The position numbers were made by a program, and so were the translations under genes. A stretch of DNA of 32,000 bases from the IMG/VR virus record IMGVR_UViG_3300045988_179474, positions 21,839-53,838 of that record, one strand, 5' to 3'. A model generated the notes under the pieces. The model was given only the letters and a program-made list of their open reading frames with translations. It searched no databases and had not been told where the DNA came from. This document shows positions 27,689-32,000 of this stretch, one piece after another (the stretch's first letter is position 1; each line of letters opens with the position of its first letter). The stretch is from a virus.

Positions 27689-28043
27689 TTTGGTTGCTTC
27701 CTTCTCGCAGCAGAATCAAATTCATGACCCTCCATACCGTCCAGATACACAGATGGCGAACTATGCTTCTGCTGGTGCCGTGCAGGTCGGCGATTTGCGA
27801 AAACGTCATTCTGTCACGAAAATACTTTTGGACGATATCGCGGTTTCGCTCAGGAAGTGTGTCCAGCACTTCATCGAACATCTCGTTAAAGCCCGGTGTA
27901 AATGAAATTTGATTCTTACCCCAGGCTGAAATTTGATTTTTACACCAGGCAAAGGATGTATCGTACATAATGGCCGCCTTCCGCCACTCCTCCGGGGCGA
28001 ACTCAGGCTGGTTAATCTTGTCTGTCGTTTGTTTCTTTGTCAT
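27645..28043 (-). CDS. Sigma-70 region 4-like DNA-binding protein, 132 aa
   Basis: LPERNRDIVQKYFRDRMTFSQIADLHGTSRSIVRH; start trimmed to MTKKQTT. Confidence 0.65.
   Translation of the reverse strand: MTKKQTTDKINQPEFAPEEWRKAAIMYDTSFAWCKNQISAWGKNQISFTPGFNEMFDEVLDTLPERNRDIVQKYFRDRMTFSQIADLHGTSRSIVRHLCIWTVWRVMNLILLREGSNQNAAPQTGGGTEGGY
27903..27950 (-). repeat. In-frame 24-bp tandem duplication in the sigma-region-4-like gene
   Basis: TGAAATTTGATTCTTACCCCAGGC / TGAAATTTGATTTTTACACCAGGC; encodes AWCKNQIS-AWGKNQIS. Confidence 0.9.
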
Positions 28044-29136
28044 TTTTGTTTCTCCTTCCAACAATCTCTCTTCGTGAGCTGCGCCACAGCATGAGCAGCA
28101 TCTCGCTGACCGGTCTGGTTCGGTCCTTCCTCACGGCTTTCCTCACGCATCGCAGATGCCCGCCGTCCGGGCAAAGCACACCGACGCCGTATGGCACAGT
28201 ATCCTTCACCGCTTCGAAGACGTCTGCGGGCATAACGTAGTAGTTGTAGTCCGCGATGAAGTTGTGCCCGTTAGGAGATTTGAAATCCTCCACAGAGGAC
28301 TTGACCTCGTAGGCGTAGAAGTCCCCCTTCTCAATGCCGGAGGTCGAATTGTTGAGCGGCTGAAAGCGCATATAGTCCACGCGGATTTTGTGGTTCGTAG
28401 AGTAGTCGAATGTGACCTCTCTCGCCCAGTAGATGCGTGGGTCGTTGCGCGGGTCGATGTATCGCTCCAGCATGGCAGAGAGCTGGCGAGTGTGTTCCTT
28501 CCGGGTGAAGGCATCACTCGTTTCCGGACAGAATTGAGCTGGCTTTCCAAGGATGAAATGGAACGGCAGAGCCTTTTCCAGTACGTCGATAATATTCTGA
28601 AGGGTCCCCTGCCCGCATTGGCGCAGATTCTTCAGTTTGCCGCTCTCTATCAGTCGAACAACATCGCCGATACTTTGGGCACCACTGAACATAAGGCAGT
28701 TCTTGGTGCGAGTCGAGAAATTGAGGCACTGAAACGGAACAGAATCGCACAACTCCTCGATTTTTTTCCAGTTGCCATTCTCAATGGCCTCCTTCAAAGC
28801 AGAGGCGAGAGGGCTGCCTGCAAACCGGCGCATTTCTTTCAGGATACCCCCCGCATATTTGGGGTGACGCAGCCTCCTTATGGCGAGGTCGAAGCAAGAG
28901 TAGAACTTGCCGATGTCAATTTCCAGTGCGTTTGCGCATTGTGTTGGTGTAAGACCGTCGCGGTAGCGTTTTAAGATAGCTTCCCGCTCCAACTCAGGGA
29001 ATGTGGCGATGGCAGCGTCTACAGCTGCGTCGAAAGAGTCAGAGAACTCAGCACACGGCATACACAAGCAATCCTGCATCAAATTCTTTCGCCATTCTAC
29101 TGACGAGCGAAGCAGGAAACGCTCCTCAGTGTTCAT
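28012..29136 (-). CDS. Multidomain protein: sigma-region-4-like HTH + RNAP alpha-CTD-like HhH + MmcB/PD-(D/E)XK-like nuclease domain, 374 aa
   Basis: FPELEREAILKRYRDGLTPTQCANALEI; FSTRTKNCLMFSGAQSIGDVVRLIESGKLKNLRQCGQGTLQNI; RVDYMRFQP..GIEKGDFYAYEVKSSVEDFKS. Confidence 0.6.
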   Translation of the reverse strand: MNTEERFLLRSSVEWRKNLMQDCLCMPCAEFSDSFDAAVDAAIATFPELEREAILKRYRDGLTPTQCANALEIDIGKFYSCFDLAIRRLRHPKYAGGILKEMRRFAGSPLASALKEAIENGNWKKIEELCDSVPFQCLNFSTRTKNCLMFSGAQSIGDVVRLIESGKLKNLRQCGQGTLQNIIDVLEKALPFHFILGKPAQFCPETSDAFTRKEHTRQLSAMLERYIDPRNDPRIYWAREVTFDYSTNHKIRVDYMRFQPLNNSTSGIEKGDFYAYEVKSSVEDFKSPNGHNFIADYNYYVMPADVFEAVKDTVPYGVGVLCPDGGHLRCVRKAVRKDRTRPVSEMLLMLWRSSRREIVGRRNKNDKETNDRQD

Positions 29137-29348
29137 TCCGCTCCAACCTCCTCGTCATACTCTTCCGGGGTGATGATTTCTATGTCTTCCGCACTGTAGC
29201 CCAGTGCGTCAAGACACAGAAGTTCCGCGACCTTCTCTTTGTTGATGGATGCAGCAATTTCCTCGTATGAGATATCCCTCTCTGCCGCCTCAAAGCTCAG
29301 CTGTACCACAAATGTGGGCAGCCGAAAACAAACTCTGTAATTTGCCAT
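29133..29348 (-). CDS. Hypothetical protein, 71 aa
   Basis: ATGA-type overlap with downstream gene. Confidence 0.6.
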   Translation of the reverse strand: MANYRVCFRLPTFVVQLSFEAAERDISYEEIAASINKEKVAELLCLDALGYSAEDIEIITPEEYDEEVGAE

Positions 29349-29363
29349 TTTTTGAATCCCTCC

Positions 29364-29861
29364 TTAAAAATCGTGGACGTACTGCCAACTCTGCGGTGCT
29401 CTCGCAAGTGCGAAGCAGTCGAGGCTCTTGGGCCGGTCATAGGTCTGCACATCAGAGATGTGCCATCCGTATCCCACGCGGCCACAGAGGTAGTCCTCTG
29501 CTTGCTTCACGGTGAGGCAGGCGTCCTCATACAGTTTCCCCGCTGGGGTGTAGTTTCCAGGTTGTGCGTTGACACAGTATTGAAGCGGCGCGTTGCTGCC
29601 CATATAGCCCACGCGCACCACACGGTCAATTTCGGTACAGGTAAACTCCCCTACCACAAGACCGTTTGCCTTGTAGATTTTGCCGCCGCTATGGATTTCA
29701 AGAATTTCACCGGGCTTCTTTGTACCCTTGCAGGAGCAGTAGAGAAATACCATGAAGGGCGGCGTAAGGTTCGGTCTGGACAGGCGCAGCTCCACGGTCT
29801 TCTGGCCCGACAGGATTTTCTGGAGCCACTCAGGTCGGATGCTGAGCATGATGTTTTTCAT
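29364..29861 (-). CDS. ASCH-domain protein, 165 aa
   Basis: MLSIRPEWLQKILSGQKTVELRLSRP...VVGEFTCTEIDRV is the ASCH signature; start trimmed to MKNIMLSIRP after GGAAAGGAG. Confidence 0.85.
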   Translation of the reverse strand: MKNIMLSIRPEWLQKILSGQKTVELRLSRPNLTPPFMVFLYCSCKGTKKPGEILEIHSGGKIYKANGLVVGEFTCTEIDRVVRVGYMGSNAPLQYCVNAQPGNYTPAGKLYEDACLTVKQAEDYLCGRVGYGWHISDVQTYDRPKSLDCFALARAPQSWQYVHDF

Positions 29862-29902
29862 AGGAAAACTCCTTTCCGACGGCAAAAGCCGCCTTGTCTT
29901 GC

Positions 29903-29930
29903 TTGACAAAGCGGCTTGCTGGTGTATAAT
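29903..29930 (+). promoter_or_regulatory. Consensus sigma-70/sigma-A promoter pointing into the toxin locus (putative antitoxin RNA)
   Basis: TTGACA (29903-29908) - 16 bp - TATAAT (29925-29930); no plus-strand CDS follows. Confidence 0.8.
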
Positions 29931-29936
29931 AAAAGC

Positions 29937-30028
29937 AGAAAGGCGATACCGATAAGCGGTCAGCCTAAGAGAATAGAGTCAAACGAAATGACCGTCTTCC
30001 TTTGGCGAGGGGCGGTCATTTTCGTTTG
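29937..30028 (+). ncRNA. Putative antisense RNA antitoxin (~90 nt or longer)
   Basis: Starts about 7 nt after TATAAT; runs through the toxin mRNA 3' region; the hairpin 29981-30027 could end it. Confidence 0.5.
29981..30027 (-). terminator. Hairpin containing the toxin stop codon, potentially bidirectional
   Basis: AAACGAAA-TGACCG(TC)...(GG)CGGTCA(T)TTTCGTTT inverted repeat. Confidence 0.6.
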
Positions 30029-30108
30029 CAAATCTGAACTATCAGACCCACAAGGCCGATGATAACAAGAGAATACGCAAAAAGCGATTCGTAAGTAACC
30101 ATTGGCAT
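30016..30108 (-). CDS. Type I toxin-like small hydrophobic peptide MPMVTYESLFAYSLVIIGLVGLIVQICKRK (30 aa; 28 aa from the second Met)
   Basis: Not in supplied ORF track. SD GGAGGTG upstream; (M)VTYExLF + TM helix + basic tail resembles Firmicutes holin-like/TxpA-BsrG-type toxins; flanked by convergent consensus promoters. Confidence 0.8.
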   Translation of the reverse strand: MPMVTYESLFAYSLVIIGLVGLIVQICKRK

Positions 30109-30184
30109 CACCTCCCTCCACAGGGAAGTGCCGACCGCCTACCGTATATGGTAACGCCTTTCTGGCTCCTTTTGGAGCATTGTT

Positions 30185-30213
30185 ATCTTACCAAAAAGGC
30201 CCCGCTTTGTCAA
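30185..30213 (-). promoter_or_regulatory. Sigma-70/sigma-A promoter for the toxin gene
   Basis: Minus TTGACA (30213-30208) - 17 bp - TAAGAT (30190-30185). Confidence 0.8.
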
Positions 30214-30244
30214 TTTCCACCGCCCACGGTTTATCCGCAGGTGG

Positions 30245-31639
30245 TTATTTTTTTGCCTCGGCTGCTGCATGGGGAAGCCGCACCCAGCCGCCCTTATGAC
30301 GAACAAGCTGGATTTTCTTCATGCTGACCATAAGCGGCTTTCCATCCGTGAGTAGGCTTAATGCCCTGCCATAGCTGGAGCAGCCCTTGGAAACGTATTT
30401 GCGATTGCCGTAGACCACGATATCTCCCGGCTGCATGGCATATCTCTGCTTTCTGGTCGAGGTTCGGCCCTTTGACTTCTTACAGCCACGGAACCGGCGC
30501 AGATTTTCGCCGTCAAGGTTATGATTGCGGTTCGTCCTGCCGGAGGACAGCTCGTTGCCAGAACGGATAACTCCCTTTTCCCGTGTGTCGTAATATTTGG
30601 CGTCATAGAATTTGGATAGGACTCTGTTGTTTCGCCTGTATTTCTGGAAGACCTCTGTTTCGCATCTGGCTTCCGGACGCAGCTCGCCCATGCAGTAGGC
30701 ATCCGTAGCGCAGGAATACGGGAGGCCGAGGTTGGTGCGGACGCGCTTGGAGATGACGCCATAGGTCATGTGTACTTCCGCAACACCCTGGAAGCGAGCC
30801 ATCGCACGCTGATAGAGAATCCAGCGCACGCTATTCATAAACGCTTCGCCGGTATATTTCCGCAGAGGCTTATCGAAGCCCCACAGCTTCCCGCCCTCCT
30901 TGTGATTGGCAGGTGTGTTGCACTTCTCGCAGCAGGTCGCAAGCTCCCTCATGCTGTTCCCATGCAGACCCTTCCAGTAGTAGGCGTGATGGACATGAAG
31001 GATAGCGCCGTCTTTCAGGCCTCTCTTGCAATACACACAGGTATAGTGGTCCCGTTCAAAGACCGCTTCCCGCAGCGTATCGTAGCCGTACTGCGGTCCA
31101 TGCTGATAGTCCTTGCCCTGCGGGACAGGTTCCCCTGCCTCCAGCGCCGCAAGGAGCTGTGTATCGTATGTCGCGGCCTTGATAAAGACATCCGTGACAG
31201 GCATGACAGACAGATAACGGGAGATAATATCCAGGTGCCGCTCCACCTTGTTGTCCAGAGACGGAGCAATCCAACCGGGCTTTTTGCCTGATACACGGTT
31301 ATTGAACCGTGCAGCCCGATACCGCAGGCGGTTTCTGCGCGTCCGGCGGTACGCTCGGCAGTCGTCATGGCGAGAGCGCTCGTTCGTGAGCATATCATAT
31401 TGCTGCGATACGACCTCTTTTGCCTTTGTCTTAATGCTGACGCCGATATGCTCATATCCGGTGCCGACGCACATTTCGATGGGCTGGGTATAGGTACTGG
31501 TATCGTAGGTCAGCTGGATGGTGAACGGGTTCCGCTTCGCAATCACAGCGCGGCCATCCTTCAACAGATGGCGCACTTTGCCGTAATTTTCGGTCGGCAT
31601 CAGCCGTTCACCGTTTGCACTTAAAACACATACTGGCAT
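30245..31639 (-). CDS. IscB-family (RRXRR/PLMP + HNH) protein with apparently degenerate RuvC, 464 aa
   Basis: N-terminal MPVCVLSANGERLMPTENYGKVRHLLKDGRAVIAKRNPFTIQL; arginine-rich bridge RAYRRTRRNRLRYRAARFNNR; GWIAPSLDNKVERHL; YQHGPQYGYDTLREAVFERDHYTCVYCKR...LHVHHAYYWKG..N..ELATCCEKCN HNH. Confidence 0.9.
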   Translation of the reverse strand: MPVCVLSANGERLMPTENYGKVRHLLKDGRAVIAKRNPFTIQLTYDTSTYTQPIEMCVGTGYEHIGVSIKTKAKEVVSQQYDMLTNERSRHDDCRAYRRTRRNRLRYRAARFNNRVSGKKPGWIAPSLDNKVERHLDIISRYLSVMPVTDVFIKAATYDTQLLAALEAGEPVPQGKDYQHGPQYGYDTLREAVFERDHYTCVYCKRGLKDGAILHVHHAYYWKGLHGNSMRELATCCEKCNTPANHKEGGKLWGFDKPLRKYTGEAFMNSVRWILYQRAMARFQGVAEVHMTYGVISKRVRTNLGLPYSCATDAYCMGELRPEARCETEVFQKYRRNNRVLSKFYDAKYYDTREKGVIRSGNELSSGRTNRNHNLDGENLRRFRGCKKSKGRTSTRKQRYAMQPGDIVVYGNRKYVSKGCSSYGRALSLLTDGKPLMVSMKKIQLVRHKGGWVRLPHAAAEAKK

Positions 31640-31657
31640 CTTATTTTTTCCTTTCAC

Positions 31658-31835
31658 GCTGCGGGTGCAGTTTCCTGTCATTCGGTGGGGGACGTCAACT
31701 GTGCGTGATGCTCCGTTTGCGGGGGGGCTGCGGTATAGCTACCTGTCATTTGGTGGGGAACGTCAACCTGTCAATCCGGATTGCAATTTAATCGTACGGT
31801 ATAGCTCCCTGTCATTTGGTGGGGGACGTCAACTG
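31658..31835 (-). repeat. Three-unit direct repeat array immediately 5' of the IscB-like gene
   Basis: Units 31658-31701, 31727-31769, 31793-31835; shared core (plus strand) CCTGTCATTYGGTGGGGRACGTCAACTG preceded by ~15 nt of weaker similarity (GCTGCGGTATAGCT); intervening segments 25 and 23 nt. Confidence 0.8.
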
Positions 31836-32000
31836 AAGTTGAGTTTGCCGAGTATATTCCAAACGACAAACCAAAAAGGTAAATCAGCACTTACCGCTCA
31901 CGCGGCGTTACTGTGGTCCACATCGCCAAGGATATACCGGGTTTGATGGTACGCACACTTCTCCTTCCCCTCAGAGATGTTTAATACGCACCCGCAGAGC

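Noticed and set aside
29886-29917. Perfect-looking hairpin AAGCCGCCTTGTC...GACAAAGCGGCTT as a separate regulatory RNA
   Set aside because: Overlaps the antitoxin -35 and is followed by TTTT on the minus strand. More simply a terminator between the toxin locus and the ASCH operon.
31658-31835. Bona fide CRISPR array
   Set aside because: Only three repeats, degenerate in their 15-nt upstream part, intervals of 25 and 23 nt, no cas adaptation genes. Retained only as an IscB-associated direct-repeat array.
31665-31946. Plus-strand 93-aa ORF with repeated LSFGGxRQ motif
   Set aside because: The peptide repeat is a by-product of the DNA repeats; no SD.

Overview
Window from what looks like an accessory replicon or phage/plasmid-like element of a gut clostridial-type bacterium. 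This assignment is inferred from gene content and gene style, not from a database. Almost all genes lie on the minus strand in tightly packed operons. Recognisable modules are: ssDNA-binding-like protein; RecD2-like helicase; YqaJ-like exonuclease; two secreted SLH proteins (one with a class-C beta-lactamase-like hydrolase domain); radical SAM + ATP-grasp-like pair; sigma-70 factor plus two sigma-region-4-like proteins (one apparently fused to an alpha-CTD-like HhH and a PD-(D/E)XK/MmcB-like domain); DUF1064-like nuclease; ASCH protein; and a degenerate IscB-like protein at the right edge. Main discoveries: (1) Six copies of one composite promoter/leader element, five close and one divergent, sit upstream of six minus-strand operons. 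Each has an array of 8-bp direct repeats (consensus about GAGAACCT), exactly 32 bp, an exactly 30-bp two-box core (GGTATG...GAAGTATC), then a 5' UTR hairpin next to a U-rich tract. The five close copies have covarying stems whose G-U wobbles pair only in minus-strand RNA. Together they define an undescribed regulon. (2) An IscB-family protein has an intact-looking HNH, but the RuvC-I Asp, RuvC-II Glu and RuvC-III His appear substituted. It is preceded by a short 3-unit direct-repeat array. (3) An unannotated type I toxin-antitoxin locus lies immediately downstream of the IscB-like gene: a 28-30 aa hydrophobic peptide, a sequestered SD, and convergent consensus promoters. Long plus-strand ORFs are judged to be antisense shadows.
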